Of a stretch of 64,000 bases of DNA, positions 1-9,571 are shown piece by piece. This stretch comes from Epithemia pelagica (Eukaryota > Protista > Bacillariophyta): the NCBI GenBank assembly GCA_946965045.2, contig OX337229.1, positions 1,364,001-1,428,000 on the forward strand, in the 5' to 3' direction. The notes beneath the pieces were generated by a model. It was given only the letters and a program-made list of their open reading frames with translations. It was not told where the DNA came from and searched no databases. The position numbers and the translations under genes are program-made. Position 1 is the stretch's first letter. Each line of letters opens with the position of its first letter.

Positions 1-1
1 T

Positions 2-562
2 CGTATCATTGAACATTTCAATGGTCAGAAAGCCGAACTGGTGGTTTGCGATGGAGCCCCTGATGTGACAGGATTGCACGACGCCGATACGTTTATGCAG
101 TCACAGTTGCTCCTGAGTGCTGCACTTATTGCCACACATGTACTGTCCCCGAATGGAGGGACTTTCGTGGCCAAAATATTTCGAGGGCGCGATGTCCACT
201 ATCTCACAGCTCAGTTAAGAATATTGTTTCGACGCGTCAGCATTGCTAAACCAAGCAGTTCTCGGAGCTCCTCCATGGAGGCTTTTGTTGTTTGTCAGGA
301 TTTTGTCGGTGAGCCGTTCGTAGAACTCCCACTCGATATCGGACAAGGAGTTTTTAACGTTGAGGAACTGGCGAATAAAAAAAAGACTGGTGTCGCTTCG
401 TCTCTCTCTGATTCCGCTTCTACACAAAAAGGTCTATCGCTTCTGCGCATTGCCATTCCATTTATCGCCAGTGGTGACTTGTCGTGCTGGAATGTTGAAT
501 CGGACAGCGAGTCTGATGGAGTCGACTCCAATACAGAGGATGTTTCGCCAAACTGTGGTTGA
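2..562 (+). CDS. TRM7: tRNA 2'-O-ribose methyltransferase, FtsJ/TRM7 family (C-terminal part; gene starts before the window)
   Basis: Frame is open from base 2. Motifs VVCDGAPDVTGLHD, GTFVAKIFRG and KPSSSRSSSMEAFVVC match FtsJ/Trm7. Confidence 0.9.
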   Translation, partial: RIIEHFNGQKAELVVCDGAPDVTGLHDADTFMQSQLLLSAALIATHVLSPNGGTFVAKIFRGRDVHYLTAQLRILFRRVSIAKPSSSRSSSMEAFVVCQDFVGEPFVELPLDIGQGVFNVEELANKKKTGVASSLSDSASTQKGLSLLRIAIPFIASGDLSCWNVESDSESDGVDSNTEDVSPNCG

Positions 563-681
563 GTCAAGTCATATTGATCTAGCAGCCTATATCTGAGTAA
601 GTGACTCATTATATGGTGGAAAGGATGCTCGCACGGCTTCACTGTAGGAAAGCACACGGCCTTGCGATCACTTTCACCGTA

Positions 682-1783
682 TTAGTCAAAGTTAGTTCTT
701 TCCATTGACGATGTAAGAGGTGCTCCAGAGGACGGCGACAGGGAAGAGGATGGCTGTCGGTCGATCATGTCTAGAATGAACTCTGCCATTTTCCTACCTC
801 CTGTGGGCGATGGCTCGACTCGAGCGATGTAGTCACTGCTGTCCTTTCCATCCAAAACACGATAAAGAGGAACAGGAACAACGACAGTTCCGGGGATGTC
901 AATAGAAGAAATGGCTTCTTCGTAAGCTTTTCGTATCAAAAGCTGAAGCTTGGAAGGATTTGTATTGTATCCTAGAACACCCAGCGCCGCCCCCGCCCAA
1001 CTGGGAGTGTTTCGTTCATCAGGGTAGTAAATCATGCACACAAGGACTTTTGATGGTTTGGTTTTCGAAGTGAGCGAGTTAATATATTTCTGGATTCTGG
1101 TTCCAAAGAGATGTCGAAAATATCCCAAACAGGGCGGAAAGGCGCAGGCACAAGAACAAAGTGAAGGACCACAACCACAGCAACAGTCATCAATAGGAAC
1201 TGTACCGCACACACACCCATTTTCCACCACACTGACAGGCATACAAAATAGCAGCCCCAGGATACTGGCAATAGTACATGGACAAGGCATGAGAGCAATG
1301 TCATTGCCACCAACAGACACTACCAACACGTCTTGCGCTTGGATGTTTTCTCTCAGAAAGACATCTTGAGGCCGCAACTTGAATGTACGTTCATTGAGAG
1401 TGGATGCCTCAACTGCTGTATTAATAGCCGCCATCCGTTGGCGACGGCCATCACGTTCGCATAGATGGTTCATCCAGAACGTCACATCTGTTTTGGAGAT
1501 GGCGGGTTCGAGCACCGATTGATAGGGACCGGGCGCCGTGGCTGTCTCACCAAACCAATACTTGTTGTCCAATGACGAATCTCCAGCTGTCCATATTAGT
1601 CGATTTGCCGACTCTCGCAGTCTCGGTAAGATTTTCTCGAGATGTCGAACTTTGTGGCCACTGTTTCTCACAAGAAAACAGATTCAGCAAAACATAGCTA
1701 CATGCCAGATATCGTAGCTCAATTCCATCGTACCTGTATTCTGAGTAAAAGGAATGCGCATTCACGGGACGGTTCGATGACAT
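682..1783 (-). CDS. Hypothetical SGNH/GDSL-like hydrolase with a Cys-rich hydrophobic insert (2 exons)
   Basis: Exon 1 1783-1734 (MSSNRPVNAHSFYSEY), GT-AG intron 1733-1661, exon 2 1660-682 in frame. VSVGGND resembles the SGNH block; DYIARVEPS resembles the DxxH block without the His. Confidence 0.6.
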
Positions 1784-1957
1784 GACAACAGTTTCAAGGA
1801 CTAGTGATCGTGATATCGATTTTCGACCCTGTTGTCGGATGCATTGTCATTGATTGTTATATTGTGTGTCATGAAGATTCCACCAAAGATCCACAACCCC
1901 CAAACCCGCCCTCAGCACTATTCCCCCAATATTTGTAGCATCTCGCACAGAGACAGA

Positions 1958-1987
1958 GGGGGTGGGGATAGGGGACCGGGCACCGGG
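1958..1987 (+). promoter_or_regulatory. G-quadruplex-type motif in the divergent SGNH/RPS24 promoter
   Basis: GGGGGtGGGGataGGGGaccGGGcaccGGG on the + strand; C-tracts at about 1897-1926 give a G-rich motif on the - strand. Confidence 0.5.
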
Positions 1988-2115
1988 CACCAATGTCCAA
2001 TTACCACTTTCCTCCTTACTATTTTATGGCAAGCTTCACGCCCCACAAGAGACAACAAGAGAAAGCTCCTTGTTGTGTTGCCACATATTGCGATCTATAA
2101 ACTGGAGCCGAAAGC

Positions 2116-2719
2116 ATGAGTGACGGAGCTGTTCTTGTCAAAACGAGAAAATTTATGAAGAACCCGCTTCTGGCACGGCGTCAGGTGTGTTTGTCTGAGA
2201 AAACTTCGATTTGTTTTCGCGGTGTCGAATAGCATAGTTGGATGTATTTGTACCCTTGTTTCCTTGTGTTTGTTGTGTTGTGTTTCCTAATAGAACCATA
2301 CAGCCGTGGAATGATTGAGTGCGAGAGAAGTTGGTTATCATGTTTCAGGTTCTGACTCTTGTGCTGCTCTGCAGATGATTGTGGACATCATTCACCCAGG
2401 ACGACCGAATGTACCAAAGAAGGAGTTACAGGACGTTGTGGGAGGAATGTACAAGGCTGATGCAAAGCTTATTGTATTATTTGGTTTCCGAACAAAGTTT
2501 GGAGGAGGAAAATCTACGGGGTTCTGCCTGATTTACGACAACGAAGACTCCATGCGGAAGTTTGAACCAAAATACCGTCTGATTCGTCAAGGAGTACTCG
2601 AGAAGAAGGAACAATCTCGAAAAGCCATTAAAGAAGCAAAGAATAAGGGAAAGAAAATCAGAGGTACAGGTGCCTCTATTGCGAAGCACAAGGCGAAACG
2701 TGCTGCTGGAGACGATTAA
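2116..2719 (+). CDS. RPS24: 40S ribosomal protein S24 (eS24), 2 exons
   Basis: Exon 1 2116-2184 MSDGAVLVKTRKFMKNPLLARRQ; intron 2185-2374 (GT..AG); exon 2 MIVDIIHPGR...FGFRTKFGGGKSTGFCLIYD. Confidence 0.97.
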
Positions 2720-2950
2720 AGAAGTTGTTTCATTCTTACATACTTTGCTGATGTACAACTGCGAACATCCTTCCGCATTTCTGAACATGTCGTTTGAGAT
2801 AGGTTACCATGTACGCGCAACAGCTTTTTTCTAGACAAAAACTTCATTGCATAAGTTTTACTGCTGGTGTTCATGTCAGGGGAACATGGTCCTTCACGCG
2901 TAGGCGTTCTTCGTTATAGTGGACCAAACGGTATTTTTGACAGAAGTAAC

Positions 2951-4027
2951 TTAGGATGCCAAGAGCAGCGATGGTTTCTCGTTCTTACACGTTTCGGAAG
3001 CGTCTGTCCCTCGAGCAAACAAGAGCATTATGGATTCCCAAAGACCCAATTCCACTGCAGCAAATTCGCGGTCTTCTCCAGTCAAAGCTCGAAGTGTTGA
3101 TATACGACGAACACCCAGCTCCACCAGATTTTCCTTGCCAGATGCAATAACCATGTCGACAAGTTTGCCCTGCTCAAGAATCAGTTGCAGGAAAGCCAAT
3201 GCCATTTCCCGTATTTCCGCCGAACTTTCCTTCGAGTCATCCAAAGGGTAAAAGGAAGCCCAGGCAATGGCAGAACTGAAAGGCGCCATAGATTGTGCAG
3301 TAGAATAGTCGGATGTTGCCAGTGCCCTGAGTAAAAACAATGTCCGTTGTCTCAGAGCACTATCCGTCTCGCTGTATTCTGTTCCCATTCCTAATCCAGA
3401 CATTACCAGGCTTGGCGATTGAGCTAGCTGACAAAAGACAGCTTCTGCCATTTGGTGCGATCGAACAATAGCACCAATGGCTTGAATAATACGCGCTCGA
3501 AACTTTCCATTTGAATCGCCGTTTTCGTTTTCTTCTGCAAAGAACAGCTCACTAAGATCCTTGAGAGCACCCATTTCGAGTAATTGTTTCTGTACAGGGG
3601 GATTATTGCTGCTGAGTGTTGCCAAGATTCCAAGGGCAATCGATCTGGTGCTTTTCGGAATCAGTTCTCGCTCTTGTACACACCCCAGCAGGAATTCAAG
3701 TCCTTTCAATGTCGTGAAGGCACGAGCATAATCAATCTGTTCCACAATATCTCGTAGTTCCTGGAGCAACTCGTTTATGCCATCTTCCTCTTCCTCGTTC
3801 CAGTGTTGATCCCTCCATTTCGTCATCATTTCCGTCACTTCTTTCAAAATCGTCTTCATCCTCTCATTTTCATCGATGATTCCTTCTGCAATTACACGTT
3901 CCAGGAATGCTTTGTCCTCATCCGACATTGGAGGAGACGTTCCCTCCAATGTCCCATCTGTGTAAGCCAGACTCCATTTTAGAAGGCCCAGCCAAGCCCA
4001 TGGATTATTTCCTCCATTCTCACTCAT
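2951..4027 (-). CDS. FES1: Hsp70 nucleotide exchange factor, Fes1/HspBP1 family
   Basis: N-terminal WLGLLKWSLAYTDG and ARM-like SNNPPVQ...IGAIVR motifs; 358 aa. Confidence 0.85.
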   Translation of the reverse strand: MSENGGNNPWAWLGLLKWSLAYTDGTLEGTSPPMSDEDKAFLERVIAEGIIDENERMKTILKEVTEMMTKWRDQHWNEEEEDGINELLQELRDIVEQIDYARAFTTLKGLEFLLGCVQERELIPKSTRSIALGILATLSSNNPPVQKQLLEMGALKDLSELFFAEENENGDSNGKFRARIIQAIGAIVRSHQMAEAVFCQLAQSPSLVMSGLGMGTEYSETDSALRQRTLFLLRALATSDYSTAQSMAPFSSAIAWASFYPLDDSKESSAEIREMALAFLQLILEQGKLVDMVIASGKENLVELGVRRISTLRALTGEDREFAAVELGLWESIMLLFARGTDASETCKNEKPSLLLAS

Positions 4028-4522
4028 GGTTATGCGTGCAAGTCGAAGTTTCTTTTTTATGTGAGTTCAAAACCAAACTCAATCGATTATGTCGATTACT
4101 GTCATCGACATCCATATGCACGTCTGATGAGTCGTAACGTAAAACGTGAACAATGTGAAGAAGTTTGACGAAGTTTTGAGACTGAATCCAGTCGCGGGGA
4201 ACAGTCGCATATTCCCCACCACGCTAGCATGGTCGTGGTCGTGGTACAATAGCTCCAGTCGCATATTGGATATTGGATGAATGAGTCACACATCATGCGT
4301 TCTTGTGTTTTTTCCCTTCGACTTCGCATTGAATGACGGATGTTGCCTCCTATCCGAAGCTGGATTGTTGCGGCGATGGTATGTGTTGGATTATCTGTCA
4401 GGAAAGTGTCAAATCAGTGTGTTCATTCCTTCATTCCACGGTTTCGTAACTCATCATTCGGCAAAAACAAGAACCTGAAGAGGGCAACGCAACTGTTGCT
4501 TCTTAGAGAATATTCGGCCACC

Positions 4523-5582
4523 ATGCCAGCAGAGACGGCCAGCACAAGTTATCCCACCGAAATGACCAAGGCGGAGAGGTATCTCTTTGACCTGAATGGT
4601 TATATTGTGGTTCGTGGAGTCCTTACCCCTGAAGAAGTAGAGGAAGCGAATGATGTGATCGACAGCCATGCTCATGAAATGATTGAGAGATCTGATAATG
4701 CGTTGAGAAATGCTGTCAAGGACACAAAGTTATATGGAACAGGCCCCGCTCGAAAGGATCTTGGTAAAGTTTTGGAGTGGGGGAAAGAGTCAAAGATTTT
4801 CAAATCTGTTCTTGCCCATCCCCGACTTGTTCCACTGTAAGATCCCATTTGATCATTTCTGTGAACGTCCTTGAATCGGCGTCCCTGACATGCAAATACA
4901 TTTTTCTCTTTTTTGTTTCGTACGCACCAGATTTCACGGAATTCTTGGAAAGGGGTACCACATGGACCATCTTCCGTTTGTCCTTGCTCAAGATTATGGT
5001 GCAGAAGGGTTTCAATTGCATGGAGGCACCATTGATTGTAAAAGCGGAGAATACAATCCACATTTAGCCTACAGCTGCCACCATGGAATGATTCGAAGTG
5101 CACTGCTTGGATGCAACGTAATACTTGCCGATCACAATCCTGGAGATGGTGGTTTCTGTGTTGTTCCTGGTAGTCACAAATCCAATTTCAAAATGCCTGA
5201 GGGGATGATCGACGGTGAAAGTTACCAAGAATACATAGTACAACCAGCAACCAAGGCCGGTGACGTCGTTTTGTTTTCGGAGGGAACGGTCCACGGTGCC
5301 ATGGCTTGGACAGTGAAGGATCGACAACGACGAACTTGTTTGTATAGGTTTGCTCCTGCCACTAATGTTTATGGGAGGTCCTATTTTGGTCATTCAGGTG
5401 GTGGATGGCCCACGGGTATCTATGACGATTTGACCGAGGCCCAACGTGCAGTACTTGAACCACCCTACGCCAATCGACTGGATCGTCCCAATATCATGCC
5501 CGACGGTTCAGTGACAATCACAACACGGAATGAACGAAAGAAGCAACACGATATGGACGTGTTTGGAACCAAATTCTTTTAG
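4523..5582 (+). CDS. Phytanoyl-CoA dioxygenase (PhyH)-family Fe(II)/2OG dioxygenase, 2 exons
   Basis: FDLNGYIVVRGVL; intron 4837-4930 (GTAAG..CAG) joins the two ORFs as PL|FHGILG; GGFCVVPGSHK and AGDVVLFSEGTVHG motifs. Confidence 0.85.
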
Positions 5583-5632
5583 CGCATACGTGCGACCTTA
5601 AAGTAATATTGATCGATTGGTTACCTATCTTT

Positions 5633-7072
5633 TCAAGGCTGTTGTTGATGATCGGCCCATTCTCGAAGTCCCTTATAGCAAGCCGTAAGGATTCTCTGTT
5701 GGTTGCCTCGTAGAGAAGCGGCCAGCTGCTGATCAATGGGGCGTTTCTCCCAATCACGTCCTGCTTCATCCAGTCGGGAGACAGCGGCGTCCTGAATCAT
5801 TTCAGCAAGCGTTCGAGCAATTTGGGGGGTTAACACAATCTCCTCGGAGTCCTGTTCCTCTTGTTTTGCGTCACGGACCGCAACGGCCCCATTCAGATCT
5901 TCTGGTACACTGTCGGGACCCACCTGATATCGTTGTCCGTAAAACTCAACCTCTGCCGTTAGCTGCGAGGATAACTCGTAGTTCTCGTCGTCTGCTTGTG
6001 TCGGCATCCCAGGTTGAAAGAATGGAACAAATCCATAGGACAAGAGGCATCGCCAATCGGGCCATGCCGAATTACCATAGTCAATCAGTACTTCTTCATT
6101 CATTGCCATATCCTTCAAAGTATGAACACGAAAGAACAATTCACCGCTCATTGATTCTGCCAGACCAAACTTGGCATTCACATTCACGGAGTCATGATTG
6201 ATAAAATCAAAGACTGGCGCCATGAGTCTGATTGGCTTCTCGTTCGCAGCTCCAGGTGACAGGACAACGCGACAGGATCGGGTTTGAACCAAATCGAGGG
6301 CATACTCGACCATGTCCGCAAGACTTGTGGGTTCTAATTCTGATGCTATTTCGTCATTTTCCAATCGATCGAGCAATTCTTGTCGAGCCTGTGCTCTGGC
6401 AAAGAAACTGCTATCCACTGCAAGCTCCAACTGGGTACATTTAGTGGTCGTCACTACCTCTTCCGACCAGTGAACTGGCAGAGATGCCCTGAGATGAGCA
6501 CTATCCGGAAAAAGAGAAAACCAGATTGATTCTTCTCTTTTACATGAATTGTCTTGTTCCGAAAGGAGACGAAGCTGTAGATCCAGAACGGAAGCAGCAA
6601 GTCGAACTGCCCACTCGTTATCGTCTTGCGGTATTACGTCAACAATGTCATTCTCCTGGTCGCTTTCAAACCACTGTGGGGGTTGATCATCTCTTAAACA
6701 ATGTGAGAGAGGAATGGAAAGGAGAATGCTCCCCTTTTCAAGGTTTCGATTCAGGTATAGCCCTCGAATTCGATCGGATGACTCGTCCAATCGAACGAGT
6801 CTCTTCGTTGGTGCTTCTGGGTTCGAATTTTTTCCTAGTGGATTCACAAGGTCGCATAGTTCGTGAAACTTCACCTGGTAGTCCTCATTGTGGACTGAGC
6901 AATCATCACAACCATCACCCGATGCTAATTTATAGGTTCTCGGACAATGGATCGCTCTTAAGCATATCCGAAAACCAACTGCGGGTAAAGTAATCAATCC
7001 TGCGAAGCTCGCAGCAAAAGGAAAAAACGAAGCGAAAAGAGTGATGCTTATTAGCGTTGACGCGATCAGCAT
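5633..7072 (-). CDS. SET-domain protein lysine methyltransferase (Rubisco LSMT-like), probably plastid-targeted
   Basis: RGLYLNRNL, MAPVFDFINH and EVLIDYG SET motifs; hydrophobic signal peptide ending AAS-FAG. Confidence 0.85.
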   Translation of the reverse strand: MLIASTLISITLFASFFPFAASFAGLITLPAVGFRICLRAIHCPRTYKLASGDGCDDCSVHNEDYQVKFHELCDLVNPLGKNSNPEAPTKRLVRLDESSDRIRGLYLNRNLEKGSILLSIPLSHCLRDDQPPQWFESDQENDIVDVIPQDDNEWAVRLAASVLDLQLRLLSEQDNSCKREESIWFSLFPDSAHLRASLPVHWSEEVVTTTKCTQLELAVDSSFFARAQARQELLDRLENDEIASELEPTSLADMVEYALDLVQTRSCRVVLSPGAANEKPIRLMAPVFDFINHDSVNVNAKFGLAESMSGELFFRVHTLKDMAMNEEVLIDYGNSAWPDWRCLLSYGFVPFFQPGMPTQADDENYELSSQLTAEVEFYGQRYQVGPDSVPEDLNGAVAVRDAKQEEQDSEEIVLTPQIARTLAEMIQDAAVSRLDEAGRDWEKRPIDQQLAASLRGNQQRILTACYKGLREWADHQQQP

Positions 7073-7162
7073 AAGGTTCAGGGAGCAACAGAAAACACCG
7101 AGATGTTGCTGCTACTACGTTACTTTTCGCGCGAAGATTTTTGTTCTTCGGATCAATCTCTA

Positions 7163-7190
7163 CCCCCAACCCCCAACCCCCAACCCCCAA
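7163..7190 (-). repeat. (TTGGGGG)4 tandem repeat, G4-capable, upstream of the SET gene
   Basis: The + strand reads (CCCCCAA)x4. Confidence 0.9.
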
Positions 7191-7358
7191 ACAAAAACCG
7201 TTCACCGTTCACAGAACAGGAGAACTATCCTTTCTCTCTAACCAACCAATCCTCTAGAGAACATGACTAATGACAACTTCAATGATAGGAGTAGAAGCTA
7301 AGAGCTTTCCTGTCAAGAGCAAAAGCTTTGACTGACATAGCAGATTCGATTTAATCAT

Positions 7359-7403
7359 ATGGAGATTACTACACTTGAAATGGAGATTACTACACTTGAA
7401 ATG
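7359..7403. repeat. Exact 21-bp tandem duplication
   Basis: ATGGAGATTACTACACTTGAA x2 followed by ATG. Confidence 0.9.
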
Positions 7404-7517
7404 CACACCAAACTCTGCGTCATTCTGCCATTTGTTGTGATTTCGTATTCTTCTTCGAAAAGGACGTTTACGTCATTCCCCCATCCCCATGCTGCGTTGA
7501 AATCCGGCGTTTTCATT

Positions 7518-8762
7518 CTAATTATGGATTCTGGAGAGGGTTCGTTTCGCTTGTTGTTCTAGCCCCGAGTGTCGAGCTTGTCCCACACCTCTAGCTGTCT
7601 CCAAAGCCGCTTGTAATTGTCCCACATCGTGATCTCCACGCCACAGGAATTCGAGGCATCGCGCCGCGTATTGTGCGGCCAACAAATTGGAGGCATTCGC
7701 TTGTTCGAGTTCCTTGAGGAGGGTTGGACGTAATTCTTCTCGTACCATATCGGGAATGTTTCCTTCCACAGCGAAAAGCGAATTCGCAAGAATGGTCATG
7801 GCCATTACATGTAGATGAAACATGTCGTCCTCTTTTTTCTTGGACACGATTAGATCAATCAGCTTTTCTCCCACTTCGTTGTCAGGCTTGAACAGCTCGG
7901 TTGAAACACATCTTGCGGTAGCCTCGCCCATTTTGGCGGCATCCGTGAGAGATATTAGTGTTTGAAGAGCCAGATAGTAAGAATCATGACCCGAATGTCC
8001 AAACATCTTGGAGACCATCTTCAGTGAAGAAGCACCGCTGGAAGGAGGTGGGACATAATTGTCTTCGGTATCGGATACCAGCGGGAGATAATTTGCGTTC
8101 GGTGGAGGCGGTGCAGTTGGAAGGCCTTGAGAGGTATCCAATATTGCCTTTGTGTCTTCGTGGAAATCAATCGCATAACCGAAGCGACGCTGAACTTCTA
8201 CTATAATCCCGTGGCTGTAATTGCCTCTGCCGCGGTACAACCGAACTCGAAAGTCAACACCGGAGGACGACAAACAACGTACTTTTGCTTTCTCGTCATC
8301 GTACGATGCTTCAATCGACCGTTGTCTTAGTACAAGACTGATTCTGGTAGATACTTCGGATGGAGATGAATTTTCAACAAACACGGCTGTTCGTTCCAAT
8401 GGGTGAAATTCTGGCAATGTTGGAATGTGCGCAAGGCGCCATCGAAAGGGTTGGTGGGAATGTTGCGGTCCAACGGAGGCACCATACATACCCGCCTTTT
8501 GAGGCAAGGCGCTTTGAGTGCTTTGAAAGGATGTAATATCAAAACCAGCTGATCCCGAGGTGAATTGAGGGGAAGTAAATTGGGCCGTTGAGATTGGCTC
8601 GAATTTAATGCCGGCGCCCCCACCTGGAGCTACCTTACGAGTGGTATCGTCTCCCTCGTCCATCATCGTCTTCTTCGGCTTCCCATAGTTGTAAGGTGGT
8701 CTATCCATTCCACTCATCTTCTTTATTCTATTTTGTTGGGGTCTTTGTTTGGTGATTTGCAA
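7518..8762 (-). CDS. Hypothetical protein (low-complexity N-terminus, globular middle, helical/ARM-like C-terminus)
   Basis: 414-aa uninterrupted ORF with coding-like composition; no family recognised. Confidence 0.7.
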   Translation of the reverse strand: MQITKQRPQQNRIKKMSGMDRPPYNYGKPKKTMMDEGDDTTRKVAPGGGAGIKFEPISTAQFTSPQFTSGSAGFDITSFQSTQSALPQKAGMYGASVGPQHSHQPFRWRLAHIPTLPEFHPLERTAVFVENSSPSEVSTRISLVLRQRSIEASYDDEKAKVRCLSSSGVDFRVRLYRGRGNYSHGIIVEVQRRFGYAIDFHEDTKAILDTSQGLPTAPPPPNANYLPLVSDTEDNYVPPPSSGASSLKMVSKMFGHSGHDSYYLALQTLISLTDAAKMGEATARCVSTELFKPDNEVGEKLIDLIVSKKKEDDMFHLHVMAMTILANSLFAVEGNIPDMVREELRPTLLKELEQANASNLLAAQYAARCLEFLWRGDHDVGQLQAALETARGVGQARHSGLEQQAKRTLSRIHN

Positions 8763-9229
8763 CGGGGGTTATGGGGATAGTGAAGAGTGAAAGTGGTGGA
8801 CGCTGCTTCGTAGCTTCTCGCCGCGGTTGTTTCTGGAAACAATCTTGCCATCACGCAACCCACACAGAACCCATGGCGTGAGGAGGCTCGCAGAGTTGTA
8901 GAACTGTGACAAAACGCTTTTTTCTACTCTCTACCCTATAGTAAACGGGAAGCGCCTCCTTGTTGATTCACACAGCCCTCAATTTCCGGGTTGTTTGGGA
9001 CGGCACTCAAACCGAGGGATTGAAAAAATTAGCATTTAAAAATAAAGAGAGCACCTAAAATCCGCTCAACTGTGAATGAACACAATTGCCTGCTCGGGCC
9101 TTTACGCTGAAGTTCTCATTCTATTGTTCCAATGTGTTCATGCCCAACTCCCACCGTTCAATTTCAATCGAAGAAAAATGCTCTCTCTGTAGAAATAGAA
9201 AGGGCTTGGTCATCAGCAATCTGCAGCAC

Positions 9230-9571
9230 AACGTCCCGAACCAAGGAATGCCAGTGCAACAAAACTTTACTCCACAGAATGATGGACAGCATTACAACGC
9301 TCCAAGCCCTGCAAGTCATCCTCAAGGACAATACGATCACCCTCAACAAAACCAACAGCAACCAACAGCTACCAACATCGCAACAGCGACAAACCAACAC
9401 AACAAACGGAAACCCAATGAAATGAGTCAGGATGGCAGTGTAGCCACCGAGCACGACTCCAAGCAGCCGGCCACATCCCTTGATGTGAGCATGGATCACG
9501 GTAACTCTTCCAGTGCAGCGGATGAGTCCATGACCAACACCAGTGTGTTTAGTCATGAGTCAAGATCGTAA
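9230..9571 (+). pseudogene. C-terminal remnant of LINE ORF1
   Basis: Q/N/P/S-rich frame begins at the TSD and ends at 9571, overlapping the first ORF2 ATG (9555). Confidence 0.6.

Noticed and set aside
2185-2374. Possible C/D snoRNA in the 190-nt RPS24 intron (ATGATT...CTGA)
   Set aside because: C box is imperfect, the C-to-D span is only about 45 nt, the D box is about 20 nt from the 3' splice site, and there is no terminal stem.
7359-7403. 21-bp exact duplication as a TSD or excision footprint
   Set aside because: No element lies between the copies; a simple slippage duplication is sufficient.
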